DNA of 64,000 nt from Patescibacteria group bacterium (GCA_028716045.1 JAQUQO010000001.1:192942-256941), one strand, 5' to 3'. Shown: positions 9,330 through 19,519, numbered from the stretch's first letter. The notes: generated from the letters alone by a model not told the origin. Numbers and translations: made by a program.

Positions 9330-9935
9330 ATGTTTTGTACATTACAGCCTGGAGACGTGACAAGTCTGCGGAATTACAAAAAGCTTTCTGATGTTCGCAA
9401 GGTAGTTCGCGGTCAAGCAAAAATCGTGTCCAAGGAGCCTCGTTGGCGCGAAAAAGACGGCGTTATCTATTTCTCGGTGACCTCTGACGGCACAACCGGC
9501 GAAGAGTGGATTAGACGCTTGATAAAGAAAGGCTTCCGTGTGAGCAACTATGCCGAGGACGTGTTATGCTCGTCGGACTTTAAGCCCACAAAAGGCGTCA
9601 CGACCGAGATTGCGGTGCTCAGGGGAAGGCTGTTCAATGACAACGAGCGCTTCACGAAGAATATTTGCGCCGAGGCAGACCGCCGCCACCTGACCGAACC
9701 CAACGCCGAAATCGCCTGTCTCATCCGCGAGATGTTTACGGATGGGGAGCTGGAAGCCATGGGGTTTCGGTGGATTGTTGCCATGCACAAACCCATCAAA
9801 GATTCCTTTGGCATTCAGCGCCTTCTGAGTGTGCACCAGCACGATGATGGTTGTTGGTTGCGTACGTGCTCCGACAGTCGTGGCGACAAGTGGGGTCGTG
9901 ACGATGGTTTCGCGTTCGTTGTCCGCAAGTGGTAG
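9330..9935 (+). CDS. Hypothetical protein encoded in a GC-rich (~53% GC) island; probable horizontally acquired gene. Start uncertain.
   Basis: Sharp GC and codon-usage shift relative to the flanks; several spurious long overlapping ORFs on other frames. The ATG lies only 4 nt after the -10. Confidence 0.5.
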   Translation: MFCTLQPGDVTSLRNYKKLSDVRKVVRGQAKIVSKEPRWREKDGVIYFSVTSDGTTGEEWIRRLIKKGFRVSNYAEDVLCSSDFKPTKGVTTEIAVLRGRLFNDNERFTKNICAEADRRHLTEPNAEIACLIREMFTDGELEAMGFRWIVAMHKPIKDSFGIQRLLSVHQHDDGCWLRTCSDSRGDKWGRDDGFAFVVRKW

Positions 9936-9992
9936 TTCTTTGGGCTAGTTCTTTAGGCCCCTAATGCGCAGTTTAAAGAAGGAAAAATTTTA

Positions 9993-10030
9993 TTAAAAAA
10001 CCGCTTGATAATTTGAGCGGTTTTTATTAT
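9993..10030. terminator. Bidirectional rho-independent terminator
   Basis: A-run / aaccgct...agcggtt / T-run between convergent genes. Confidence 0.6.
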
Positions 10031-10038
10031 TTTATTTT

Positions 10039-10473
10039 TTATCTCAATAGCATCCACCAATAAGTGACGATAAATCCTAAGGCCAATCCGGCAGTGATTT
10101 CCAGCGGCGTATGGCCCAAGCGGGTGGTGATTTCCGGAAATTGACTTTTATCTCTGACGTCTGCGATTAATTTTTTAAGAACTATGCCGTGATAACCCAC
10201 GCGGCGGCGCAGTCCGGCGGCGTCGCGGATAACGAGAATGGCAAAAATCAGGGCAATGGCAAAGGTAGTGGAATTAAGGCCGTCGGCAATTCCTACCCCG
10301 GTGACCAGCGCTCCGACAAAAGCGGCGTGGGAAGAAGGCATTCCGCCGTAGACAAACGGGTCTTTCCAGGTTTTTTTGCCCTGGATTGTTTCAATTAAAA
10401 TTTTTAATACTTGCGCGCCGAAACCAGCGATTAAGGTGGCGATTAAAATGTCGTACATAATTAGTATTTTCAA
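10039..10473 (-). CDS. Divergent PAP2-family membrane protein (DUF212/YuiD-like)
   Basis: 144 aa, multi-TM, PSSHAA motif. Confidence 0.6.
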   Translation of the reverse strand: MKILIMYDILIATLIAGFGAQVLKILIETIQGKKTWKDPFVYGGMPSSHAAFVGALVTGVGIADGLNSTTFAIALIFAILVIRDAAGLRRRVGYHGIVLKKLIADVRDKSQFPEITTRLGHTPLEITAGLALGFIVTYWWMLLR

Positions 10474-11144
10474 TAATGTTTAAAAGTTTTTCTTAAGCAA
10501 CAAGCCGCGCCGACAACGATGGAGCCAAGGAGCAGCCAGTCAAAAATTTTCCACTGGCGGCCAAAATTAGGCGAGATGTAAGCCCCTAAAACGTTATTTT
10601 GTTTTTTAGTATTATTAATAAAGATGAAAGTGTCATTTTTTTGGGTAGAAGGTTTGGCAAAAATTTGAACCACCAAAATTGTTTGCTGGCCATCGATAAT
10701 ACCTTCAACTTTTGCAATTCCAGTTTCTTCAAATTCTGGGTTAAAGATATTTTGTTTATGAGCCGGACTATTAAGCCAGGTTTCCAGCAATTTATCTTCA
10801 GCGCGGAAATCCTGCGCTAAATTTTCTCCAGCTGATTCAAAATAATACTCTTCTTTTAATAGTTCATCAATGAAAGTTTGCCCTTTGGGCGATTGATGGG
10901 CGAAGTATTGCCTTTTAAACATATCTTCCGCCCGGGCCCGGGCGGCGCGGTTTAATTTTTCATTCTCTTGAAGCGGGGATAATCTGTTTTGGATTCTAAG
11001 GCCATTGATTGATGCCGTAAGATTTTGTTCTTTAACATCCGCTCTCGCGACTGGCGGGGATAAAAAAAGTATACCGCTTGAGTATACCAATAAGATTAGA
11101 GCAGGTAAAATTAATTTTAAAAATTGGCTGTTTTTGTTTTTCAT
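10470..11144 (-). CDS. CAP/SCP (PR-1-like, YkwD-type) domain protein, membrane-anchored
   Basis: GENLAQ...WLNSPAHKQNI CAP motifs; N-terminal signal and C-terminal TM. Confidence 0.65.
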   Translation of the reverse strand: MKNKNSQFLKLILPALILLVYSSGILFLSPPVARADVKEQNLTASINGLRIQNRLSPLQENEKLNRAARARAEDMFKRQYFAHQSPKGQTFIDELLKEEYYFESAGENLAQDFRAEDKLLETWLNSPAHKQNIFNPEFEETGIAKVEGIIDGQQTILVVQIFAKPSTQKNDTFIFINNTKKQNNVLGAYISPNFGRQWKIFDWLLLGSIVVGAACCLRKTFKHY

Positions 11145-11233
11145 TTTTGTTTTTTTATTCTTTCCCGCCGGATTCTTTGAATCTTTTTTGTTTTTCTATT
11201 ATAATTATAGCATAGCTAAGCCCAAAATACAAG

Positions 11234-12946
11234 ATGATTAATCAACAGCTGGCTCAAATTTTTTATAACGTCGCCGATTATTTAGAGATGGATGAAATAC
11301 CGTTTAAACCAAGGGCCTATGCCAAGGCCGCCCAGTTTTTAGAGTCCTTAGATGAAAGCGCGGAGGATGTTTATAACAGGGGCGGGGTTAAAGCGCTGGA
11401 AGCCCTGCCAGCCATCGGCGCGAGCATGGCTAGGAAGATTGAAGAATATATTAAAACCGGCAAGGTTAGGTATTATAATGATTTGCGTCGGCAGATACCC
11501 ATTAAAATTGAAGAACTTACTGCCGTTGAAGGCGTGGGGCCAAGGGTGGCCAAGGAGCTTTATCGTCGTCTAAAAATCACAGACCTTGCTTCGCTGGAAA
11601 AAGCGGCTCGGGCGGGGAAAATTCACCGCCTGCCGGGGTTTAAAGAAAAATCAGAAGAAAACATTTTGCGCGGTGTAGAATTTTTAAAAAAGAGCAAAGG
11701 GCGCAAGCTTTTGGGGCAGGCGTTGCCCTTGGCGAGAGAAATTGAGAGTCGTCTTAATAAATTAGGTTATGTTAAGAAAGCGGCCGTGGCGGGTTCAGTG
11801 CGCCGGCGCAAAGAGACTATCGGCGATTTTGATTTTGTCGCCGCTTCCGGCAATCCAGAAAAAGCGATGGATTTTTTTGTTTCTCTGCCAGAGGTGGCGG
11901 AGATTCACGATAAGGGTAAAACTTTGTCGTCCGTAAGATTAAATAATGGCCTGGATGCGGATTTGCGAGTAGTGCGGGAAAACCAGTATGGTTCAGTTTT
12001 ACATCATTTTACCGGTGATAAATACCACAATATCGCTTTGCGCAGTTTGGCTAAAAGCCGGGGCTTGAAAATCAGCGAGTACGGGGTGTTTCGCGGGAGC
12101 AAGTGTTTGGCGAGCAGAACTGAAAAAGATGTCTATGCCACCCTGGGTTTGCCTTATATTGAACCGGAATTGCGCGTGAATAACGGAGAAATAGAGGCCG
12201 CCGCTGCCGGCAAATTGCCCAAACTTATTTCCTATAAAGATATTCGCGGCGATTTACAGCTCCACACCAATTGGACCGACGGCCATAATTCTTTGGAAGA
12301 AATGGTGATGGCGGCGAAAAAAATCGGTTATGAATATATTGCCATCACCGACCATACCAAATATCTGGCCATGGCTAATGGGTTAGACGAGAAAAGAATT
12401 TTAAAATACATTGAGGCTATCAAGAAAATCAACCGGCGCTTGAGAGGGATGCGAGTTTTGGCGGGAGTGGAAGTCAATATTTTAAAAGACGGCAATTTGG
12501 ATATCGAGAATAGTGTGTTAAACAAATTGGATATAGTTTTAGCGGGAGTTCATTCGCATTTTAATCAAAGCGGAGAAGAGATGACCCGGCGGATGGAAAG
12601 AGCCATGCGTAATCCCAATGTTGATGTGATAGTTCATCCGAGCGGGCGAGTGCTTCAAAGGCGCGAGGGCTACGCGATGGACTGGCCGCGAGTTTTTAAA
12701 ACAGCCGAAAACACCGGAACGATTTTGGAAATCAACGCCCATTTTAACCGTTTGGATATGGAGGCGGAAAGAATCAGGGAAGCGGTGCGCGCTGGCGTGA
12801 AACTGGAAATCAGCACGGACGCTCATTCCGTTGACCATTTATGGTTTATGGAATTGGGCATCGCCGAAGCGCGCAAGGGCTGGGCGAGAAAAGAAGATGT
12901 CATTAATACTTATCCCTTGGGAGAAATGTTAAAATTATTAAAATAA
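11234..12946 (+). CDS. polX: DNA polymerase X family protein with C-terminal PHP phosphoesterase domain
   Basis: N-terminal Pol-beta-like HhH region, GDFDFVA nucleotidyltransferase motif, C-terminal PHP His cluster; 570 aa. Confidence 0.8.
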   Translation: MINQQLAQIFYNVADYLEMDEIPFKPRAYAKAAQFLESLDESAEDVYNRGGVKALEALPAIGASMARKIEEYIKTGKVRYYNDLRRQIPIKIEELTAVEGVGPRVAKELYRRLKITDLASLEKAARAGKIHRLPGFKEKSEENILRGVEFLKKSKGRKLLGQALPLAREIESRLNKLGYVKKAAVAGSVRRRKETIGDFDFVAASGNPEKAMDFFVSLPEVAEIHDKGKTLSSVRLNNGLDADLRVVRENQYGSVLHHFTGDKYHNIALRSLAKSRGLKISEYGVFRGSKCLASRTEKDVYATLGLPYIEPELRVNNGEIEAAAAGKLPKLISYKDIRGDLQLHTNWTDGHNSLEEMVMAAKKIGYEYIAITDHTKYLAMANGLDEKRILKYIEAIKKINRRLRGMRVLAGVEVNILKDGNLDIENSVLNKLDIVLAGVHSHFNQSGEEMTRRMERAMRNPNVDVIVHPSGRVLQRREGYAMDWPRVFKTAENTGTILEINAHFNRLDMEAERIREAVRAGVKLEISTDAHSVDHLWFMELGIAEARKGWARKEDVINTYPLGEMLKLLK

Positions 12947-12953
12947 TTAAGAT

Positions 12954-14456
12954 ATGAATCAAAAAGAATATTCAGCCGGAGCGGTTATTTTTAGAAAAGC
13001 CAATAGTCGGAGAAAATATCTGCTTTTGTATTCCACGAATGGCTATTGGAGTTTGCCACGTGGGCATATAGAAAAAGGGGAAACGGACGTGGTGGCGGCG
13101 AAAAGAGAAATTCAGGAAGAGACAGGTTTAAAAAATCTAAAATTCATTTCCGGGTTTAAAGTTCGCGGCGGCTTTGTTAATAAGCAGAAAAATATTAATA
13201 AAGACATTGTATATTTTTTAGCCGAGACCAAAGAAAAAAATATTACGGTTTCTCCGCCGGAACACAAGGGGTATATTTGGGTTGATTATAAAGAGGCGAT
13301 GAGAAGAGCCGGGTATTCTAATACTAAAAATTTATTAAGGCAGGCGGAAGATTTTTTGAATAATCGCCGCGGCCAAATGAAACTCGTGATTATGGCCGGC
13401 GGCGGCGGCACGCGCTTATGGCCCATTTCCCGCATAAATTCTCCCAAACAAATCCATCCTCTAATCGGCAAAGACACCTTGCTTCAGGCGACCTGGAAGC
13501 GCGTGGCTGGTGATTTTAAAAAAGAAGATATTTTTGTTTCTTCCAATATAAAATACAGAGAATATATAAAAAGGCAGCTGCCGAATTTACATCTGGTCAA
13601 CCTGATTTTGGATCCGGAGAGAAAAGACACGGCCGCGGCTATTGGGCTGGCCGCTTTGAAGCTTTATCATGATAATCCGCGCAATATTTTAGTGACAGTT
13701 AATTCCGACGCCCATATTAAAAACTCCAAAGAGTATGTCAGAATTTTAAAGTTGACTGAACGGGTGGCAAGCGAGAATCCGGAACGAGCTGTTCTCGTTG
13801 GCATTAATCCGAGTTATCCCGAGACGGGTTATGGTTATATCAAGCTCGGTCGGCAGTGGAGAAAAATCGGTCAGGATGCGGTTTTTTACGGAGAGAAATT
13901 TGTGGAAAAGCCGGATCTGGAAACGGCTAAAAAATATTTTAAAAGATGGGATTATCTTTGGAACCCGGCAATTTTTGTTTTCAGGGTTGACCATCTATTG
14001 GACCTTTATGAAAAGCATTTGCCGGAAATGTATAATATATTGATGAATATCTATAAGGCCCTGGGCGGTCAAGATGAAGAAAAAATTATCAGAGAAGAGT
14101 TTCGGAAAATTAAACCGATTTCCTTTGATTACGGCATTATGGAAAAAATCGGTCAAGAAATGCTGGTGATACCGGCGGATTTCGGTTGGTCGGACGTGGG
14201 TCATTGGCGGACAATCAGAGATATTTTAGCCAAAAAAGAGGGGGAAAATGTCGCGAACGGAGAATATATCGGGATTGACAGCGGCGGGAATCTCGTTTTA
14301 AGTTTTAGCAAAAAATTAATTGCCACAGTGGGAGTTAAAAATCATATTATCGTGGAAACCGGCGACGCCATTTTAATCTGTCCGCAAGAACGGGCGCAGG
14401 AGGTGAAAAAGGTGGTGGCAGAACTAAAAAAACAAAAACTTAAAAAATATTTATAA
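12954..14456 (+). CDS. Fusion protein: N-terminal NUDIX hydrolase + C-terminal mannose-1-phosphate guanylyltransferase-like nucleotidyltransferase
   Basis: Nudix box GHIEKGETDVVAAKREIQEETGL, then MKLVIMAGGGGTRLWPIS GMPP-type N-terminus. Confidence 0.75.
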   Translation: MNQKEYSAGAVIFRKANSRRKYLLLYSTNGYWSLPRGHIEKGETDVVAAKREIQEETGLKNLKFISGFKVRGGFVNKQKNINKDIVYFLAETKEKNITVSPPEHKGYIWVDYKEAMRRAGYSNTKNLLRQAEDFLNNRRGQMKLVIMAGGGGTRLWPISRINSPKQIHPLIGKDTLLQATWKRVAGDFKKEDIFVSSNIKYREYIKRQLPNLHLVNLILDPERKDTAAAIGLAALKLYHDNPRNILVTVNSDAHIKNSKEYVRILKLTERVASENPERAVLVGINPSYPETGYGYIKLGRQWRKIGQDAVFYGEKFVEKPDLETAKKYFKRWDYLWNPAIFVFRVDHLLDLYEKHLPEMYNILMNIYKALGGQDEEKIIREEFRKIKPISFDYGIMEKIGQEMLVIPADFGWSDVGHWRTIRDILAKKEGENVANGEYIGIDSGGNLVLSFSKKLIATVGVKNHIIVETGDAILICPQERAQEVKKVVAELKKQKLKKYL

Positions 14457-14463
14457 AATTTTT

Positions 14464-15465
14464 ATGAAGTTTTTAGCCAAGCTTGGGCGGATTATTTTTA
14501 TCTTCGCGGTTCTTTCCATCATTTACGGACTCATTTTAATTTATGCGCCGTCACGTCCCGGGGAGGAGGCAAGTTTTATGATTAAGGAAGGCAGCGGAGT
14601 TAACAAAATTAGCCAAGATTTAAGTAACGCTGGGCTTGTCAGAAGCAAGCTTGTTTTTGAATTTTTTATTTGGGCGAAGGGGTTGGAAACAAATATCCAG
14701 GCCGGCGAGCATCGCTTAAACAAGGGATTAAGCATAAAAGAATTGACCAGCAAATTGGTTTCAGGGAGTTCTTTAAGCAATGAGCGTGTCATCACTTTAA
14801 TTGAGGGCTGGACTTTGCGTGATATCGGAGAATATCTTGAAAAAGAAGGAATTTCCAGGGCAGAGGATTTTTATAAATCCGCAGAAGCTGATTTGAGCGG
14901 CGAGTATGATTTTTTATCAAGCAAACCCACGGGCGTGGGTCTGGAAGGATATGTTTTTCCGGATACTTACAGAATTTATAAAAATTCCTCCGCGGAAGAG
15001 GTTATTAAAAAAGCGCTTAATAATTTGGGGCAAAAATTAACTACGGAACTTCAGGGGCAAATAAAGAATCAAGGCAAAACCGTTCACGAAATTATGACGC
15101 TGGCGAGTATTATTGAAAAAGAAGTTAAAAGCGACGCGGATAAAAAAATGGTCGCTTATCTTTTTGGTCGGCGGTTAAAAATCGGTATGCCGTTGCAATC
15201 CGATGCCACCGTCAATTACATCACTCATAAAAATACGGAGAGGCCGACATACGATGATATTAATATCGCCTCTCCTTACAATACCTATCGTTATCGCGGT
15301 TTACCCCCGGGGCCGATTTGCAACCCGGGTTTAGCGGCCATTGAAGCTGCGATTAACCCGACGCCGAATGACTATTGGTATTTTTTAACGACGCCCGATG
15401 ACAAAGTTATTTACAGCGTCACTTACGAAGAGCACTTGGCTAATAAAAGTAGATATTTAAAATAA
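14464..15465 (+). CDS. mltG: Endolytic murein transglycosylase MltG (YceG family)
   Basis: N-terminal TM, PYNTYRYRGLPPGPICNPG motif. Confidence 0.85.
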   Translation: MKFLAKLGRIIFIFAVLSIIYGLILIYAPSRPGEEASFMIKEGSGVNKISQDLSNAGLVRSKLVFEFFIWAKGLETNIQAGEHRLNKGLSIKELTSKLVSGSSLSNERVITLIEGWTLRDIGEYLEKEGISRAEDFYKSAEADLSGEYDFLSSKPTGVGLEGYVFPDTYRIYKNSSAEEVIKKALNNLGQKLTTELQGQIKNQGKTVHEIMTLASIIEKEVKSDADKKMVAYLFGRRLKIGMPLQSDATVNYITHKNTERPTYDDINIASPYNTYRYRGLPPGPICNPGLAAIEAAINPTPNDYWYFLTTPDDKVIYSVTYEEHLANKSRYLK

Positions 15466-15477
15466 GGAGCTAGAATT

Positions 15478-15517
15478 AAAAAAGACCGCCGAATATTCGG
15501 AGGTCTTTTGTTTTTTG
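15478..15517. terminator. Bidirectional terminator
   Basis: aagaccgccgaa-tattcggaggtctt followed by a T-run. Confidence 0.6.
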
Positions 15518-15520
15518 AAG

Positions 15521-16981
15521 TTAAAAAGCGAAAAATGCCATTAGACGGAATTCTTTGGGCTGGAATTGATTTAAAAAATCAAGTCCTAGTGCCGCTTCAA
15601 GCATGGGCAAGTTTTTGGATATCTTGAAAAGCAATCTTGGCCCTAGTGTTCCGCTTATACCCCTGTCTTTTTCTTGGGCGAAAGGTGTCCAGTTGTTGCA
15701 GATGCCAAATCCGGCGGCAATTGGTGTGGTGAAAAAGTAGTGAAGAGCAAATTCTTGTGAGAGGGCGTGTTGTGCTTTTTCCTTAAAATTCAGAAAATAT
15801 TTGTTGATAGACCAGATATTCACCCCCTCTTTCTCTCCGATTATTTTAAATCCGGCTACTCCCGTATTAAGCGAGAGCTTTTCTTCTGTGCTGATTTTTC
15901 CGCCAATCTCCGGTTTAAACGAGAAACCGTTAACGGTAAATCGCGGTCCACCTAGCAAGTTTATTGAGTTTCCTGTGAGTTGAAAGGCGGCGTTAGTTTG
16001 CCATGATTTCTCGGAGTGCTCATATTGGAAAGACATGGCATTGCCATTGCCACTACCAGAAAACACGGTGGTGATTACATCGTCGGCATAGGCGAAGATG
16101 GGAGATAAAAGTGTTGAGAAAAGGGAAGTGACGGTTATTGCTGTACGGGCTTGAGTTTTTGCTAATTCGGGTACTTTAGTTGCTTCTTCAACAACTTTGT
16201 CAATTCTTTCTAATGGGACCCTTGCGATTTCTTCCGCTAACAAAACTTCTTCTTTGGAGCATCCCCACGGCAATTTGTCAGGGAACATTTTGCTTAATAA
16301 GGAGTTTATCTTTTTCTCTAAAGTCGGAGTTCCATCCGGGTAGAACGATAGCCCAAGTATCCAGACGATTGAAGCTAGCATAATCTTCTGCGGAGCCAGT
16401 ATTAGTTCTTCTTTCAGGGAATAGCGTTCAGAATAAAAAAGTCGGCAACAAAGTATCAGAAAAGCGAAAGGAATAAAACATAAATACCACCAGCCTATAG
16501 TTTTAAGTATGCCGTCGCTAACCCTCGGTACGATCTCTAGTTTTTCCCTTGCTATGGCAATGTCATTATACATTTTCCACCAGTTATTGCCATTCTCCAT
16601 AGAAGCCTCGTAATTTTTTTTAAGTCGGTCAAGGGAAGTATCCGCAAGATAATTTACATATGCTATAGATTTTTTGTAGTAGAGATTTCCCTGCGGTAGC
16701 GTCATGTAGCCCTCGAGGTATTTCAACTCACTTTCCGTTTTTCTCAGGTCGTAAATATCTTGAGCAAAAATTTCGGCAGTGTAACTTTCTTTTTTGACGT
16801 TATTTTGAACGCGCTCAAAAAGTTTTTCTGCCTGGATAATGGTTTCGCCGGCCTCGGCGATTTTTTCTTCGCGGATTTTTTGGTTTTCCTTTATACGATT
16901 CGAAATTTCACCCCAAGGAATCATAATTATAAGAAATATTCCAAACAAAATCCAGGAAACAATTTTTTCTTTTTGGTTCAT
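15521..16981 (-). CDS. Hypothetical membrane-anchored protein (N-terminal TM, coiled region, beta-rich C-terminus ending FFAF)
   Basis: ORF with good upstream context; no recognisable family. Confidence 0.5.
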   Translation of the reverse strand: MNQKEKIVSWILFGIFLIIMIPWGEISNRIKENQKIREEKIAEAGETIIQAEKLFERVQNNVKKESYTAEIFAQDIYDLRKTESELKYLEGYMTLPQGNLYYKKSIAYVNYLADTSLDRLKKNYEASMENGNNWWKMYNDIAIAREKLEIVPRVSDGILKTIGWWYLCFIPFAFLILCCRLFYSERYSLKEELILAPQKIMLASIVWILGLSFYPDGTPTLEKKINSLLSKMFPDKLPWGCSKEEVLLAEEIARVPLERIDKVVEEATKVPELAKTQARTAITVTSLFSTLLSPIFAYADDVITTVFSGSGNGNAMSFQYEHSEKSWQTNAAFQLTGNSINLLGGPRFTVNGFSFKPEIGGKISTEEKLSLNTGVAGFKIIGEKEGVNIWSINKYFLNFKEKAQHALSQEFALHYFFTTPIAAGFGICNNWTPFAQEKDRGISGTLGPRLLFKISKNLPMLEAALGLDFLNQFQPKEFRLMAFFAF

Positions 16982-17061
16982 TTCTCACCTCTTTATGTTG
17001 GTTGTTAAAGTTCAAGTTTCATTATATTTTGGCATAATAGTGAAATTTTGTCAACACCTTC

Positions 17062-17090
17062 TTGACATTTTTTCGGTTTTGGTATAAATT
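17062..17090 (+). promoter_or_regulatory. Promoter for the 17142 gene; embedded in palindrome TGTCAA-N7-TTGACA
   Basis: TTGACA 17062-17067; TATAAA/TAAATT about 16 bp downstream; strong RBS aaggaggg. Confidence 0.45.
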
Positions 17091-17141
17091 GTAGAGATTT
17101 CTTTGAAAATTGAATAACAATCAAAATAAGGAGGGTTAAGA

Positions 17142-18278
17142 ATGGAAATAGTCGTTAGAACTGCTTACGGTGAAAAGAAATTTGACGCTGTGTCTTTGGA
17201 AAATACCAACATTTTTGCTGTTATTAAGCCCCGGGCGATTAAAAACGGGGGAGAGACGATTGAGATAGGGCGGGGGACTATTTTAATACCAAATTTGGGT
17301 AATTATCAATTTTTTCCTTACGGAGCTTATGAGGCCTTACGCAGTAAGAGGACGGCGGTGATTGGTTATGGTAAGACAAAACTGAGCGGCGGAGAGAAGA
17401 AAGAATTGGGAGATATTATAAATGATTTACGCGAAGCGGTTGCGGATATTTTGCGATTTTCCTCGCTATCCGATGAAGAAAAAGAAAAAATCAATAAATC
17501 CATAGAGAATCTCTACCTCCGTCTGTCAAAATCCCGCAATCTTTTAAAGAATGAGGCGAGGGATTATATAGAAAAGAGCTTTGACGTAATTGACAGCTTA
17601 GGGAGAATTAATCCTTCGGCGACTAGCGCTAAACTTTCGGCGGCCCGGGCGCGTCTTGAAGCGAGAATCAAGGAAGTTTACCGAATCTCCGAAAAACTTC
17701 ATTTTTGGGAGACAATTCTTCTCCAAACCATTAAAGAGTCAGTCGGGGTTTTTGACGAAACCGAACAGTTTACTTCCCGCATCTTAAATTCCAAAGAAGC
17801 AGAATTTTTTTCCGGACAGAAAGAAATAATTGAGGATTTGAGAAAATTTAAAGCCCAGCTTGATAATATAAAAGTAGCGCCTTTTTCCGCTACTGCTTAT
17901 TATTGCGAACTGGATTTATCGGGGGCTTTATCAGCTTTTCTCAATGAAGATTACGAAGGATTCCGCCAGAAAATTTCTCTGACCCGCAATGGCGCGCTAT
18001 GCAAATTGCGCCAGCGCGATTTAGAACGGATAATCTGGTGGTTTAAGGGCGAGAATTTAAAGGGCATTGAAAACCGCAAAGAATTTTTTCTCCAAGCGAA
18101 AGAGAAAGTGAAAGAATTTGAAAAAGGAATCAAGGGCAAGATAAGCGACGAAGGATTTATAAAGAAAGTTTTTACAGTTTCTTTCTGGAACAGGTTTGAT
18201 TCCGTTTATGAATTTTTAAGCCAGCACGATTTTGAAACTGCTTACGGCTATCTCAAATCAATTTCCCACGACCTTTAA
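17142..18278 (+). CDS. Hypothetical cytoplasmic protein (378 aa)
   Basis: Strong RBS; no recognisable motifs. Confidence 0.55.
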   Translation: MEIVVRTAYGEKKFDAVSLENTNIFAVIKPRAIKNGGETIEIGRGTILIPNLGNYQFFPYGAYEALRSKRTAVIGYGKTKLSGGEKKELGDIINDLREAVADILRFSSLSDEEKEKINKSIENLYLRLSKSRNLLKNEARDYIEKSFDVIDSLGRINPSATSAKLSAARARLEARIKEVYRISEKLHFWETILLQTIKESVGVFDETEQFTSRILNSKEAEFFSGQKEIIEDLRKFKAQLDNIKVAPFSATAYYCELDLSGALSAFLNEDYEGFRQKISLTRNGALCKLRQRDLERIIWWFKGENLKGIENRKEFFLQAKEKVKEFEKGIKGKISDEGFIKKVFTVSFWNRFDSVYEFLSQHDFETAYGYLKSISHDL

Positions 18279-18285
18279 AAAACGC

Positions 18286-18322
18286 TAACCCCGTTGCCGA
18301 ATAAATTCGGAACGGGGTTTTA
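18286..18322 (+). terminator. Rho-independent terminator, immediately followed by metK promoter TTGACT-17-TAAGAT (18323-18351)
   Basis: ccccgtt..gccgaataaattcgg..aacgggg then T-run. Confidence 0.6.
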
Positions 18323-18385
18323 TTGACTTTTTTTTGAAGCCGGGTTAAGATGAACAGAAGTTTTTATTTATAAGCGAATATCTTT

Positions 18386-19432
18386 ATGTATTTAAAAACA
18401 GCGGAAAGCGTGACGGAAGGCCATCCCGACAAGGTTTGCGACCAGATATCCGACGCCATTTTAGACGCCTGTTTGAGGCAGGACCCGAACTCGCGCGTGG
18501 CGGTGGAAACTTTTGGCGCCCACGGTCTTTTGGTAATCGGCGGGGAAGTGACGAGTGAGGCGAATTTTAATCCAGAACAGATTGCTCGGGAGGTTTATAA
18601 AAAAATCGGTTATAACGATGAGCTGGAAGTTATTTCTCATATTGTTCAGCAGTCGCCGGAGATTGGTCGGGGGGTTGATTTTGGCGGAGCGGGGGACCAG
18701 GGGATTATGTATGGTTATGCGACCATGGAGACGGGGGAGTATTTGCCAAAGTCGATAATTTTAGCTCATAATTTAGCTCGCCGTTTGGCTTATTTGCGAA
18801 GAAATGACCCGGAGTTTTTTTGGTTACGGCCGGACGGGAAAACTCAAGCCACTTTTGCCGACGGGAAAATTAAAACAGTTTTGGTTTCCACCCAGCATGA
18901 AGATAATATGAGTCAGGGTGATATTAGAGAAAAACTAATCAAGGGTTTGATAGAGCCGTTAGTTGGCGATTTGTCCGAGATTGAAATTTTGATAAACCCC
19001 AGCGGCAGTTTTGTCACCGGAGGTTTTATGGCTGATACCGGACTCACTGGCAGAAAAATAATGGTAGATACTTACGGTGGGCTTTTGCCTCACGGTGGCG
19101 GGGCTTTTTCCGGCAAAGACCCCTCCAAGGTTGACAGAAGCGCCGCTTATATGTGCCGCTTTGCCGCTAAAAATATAGTGGCCAGTGGGTTGGCCAAAAG
19201 TTGTCTTGTTTCAGTAGCCTATGCTATCGGCAAAGAAGACCCTTTGATGCTTGTGGCTAAAACTTCCGGCGGCCAAGATTTGACGGAAGTTCTTAAGAAA
19301 AATTTTGACTTTAGGCCAAGAGCAATTATTGAAAGGTTAGGGTTAAGAAGACCAATCTATCAACCCACAGCCGCTTATGGCCACTTTACCAATGCGGCCT
19401 ATCCCTGGGAAGAAATAGTGGGATTAAAATAA
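18386..19432 (+). CDS. metK: S-adenosylmethionine synthetase
   Basis: TAESVTEGHPDKVCDQISDAILDA N-terminus; 348 aa. Confidence 0.9.
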   Translation: MYLKTAESVTEGHPDKVCDQISDAILDACLRQDPNSRVAVETFGAHGLLVIGGEVTSEANFNPEQIAREVYKKIGYNDELEVISHIVQQSPEIGRGVDFGGAGDQGIMYGYATMETGEYLPKSIILAHNLARRLAYLRRNDPEFFWLRPDGKTQATFADGKIKTVLVSTQHEDNMSQGDIREKLIKGLIEPLVGDLSEIEILINPSGSFVTGGFMADTGLTGRKIMVDTYGGLLPHGGGAFSGKDPSKVDRSAAYMCRFAAKNIVASGLAKSCLVSVAYAIGKEDPLMLVAKTSGGQDLTEVLKKNFDFRPRAIIERLGLRRPIYQPTAAYGHFTNAAYPWEEIVGLK

Positions 19433-19441
19433 GATATTACT

Positions 19442-19480
19442 AAAAAAATCTCCCCCGTTAAACGGGGGAGATTTTTTATA
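19442..19480 (+). terminator. Rho-independent terminator
   Basis: atctcccccg-ttaaa-cgggggagat then a T-run. Confidence 0.7.
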
Positions 19481-19519
19481 TTTTACCCTTGAACCCTTGA
19501 TGCTGAAAGTGTTCAGGGT

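Noticed and set aside
9548-9847. Three overlapping ORFs (two on the minus strand and one on the plus strand) inside the 9330-9935 gene
   Set aside because: They are by-products of the elevated GC content of this segment (few stop codons). Only the long + frame has coherent start and terminator context.
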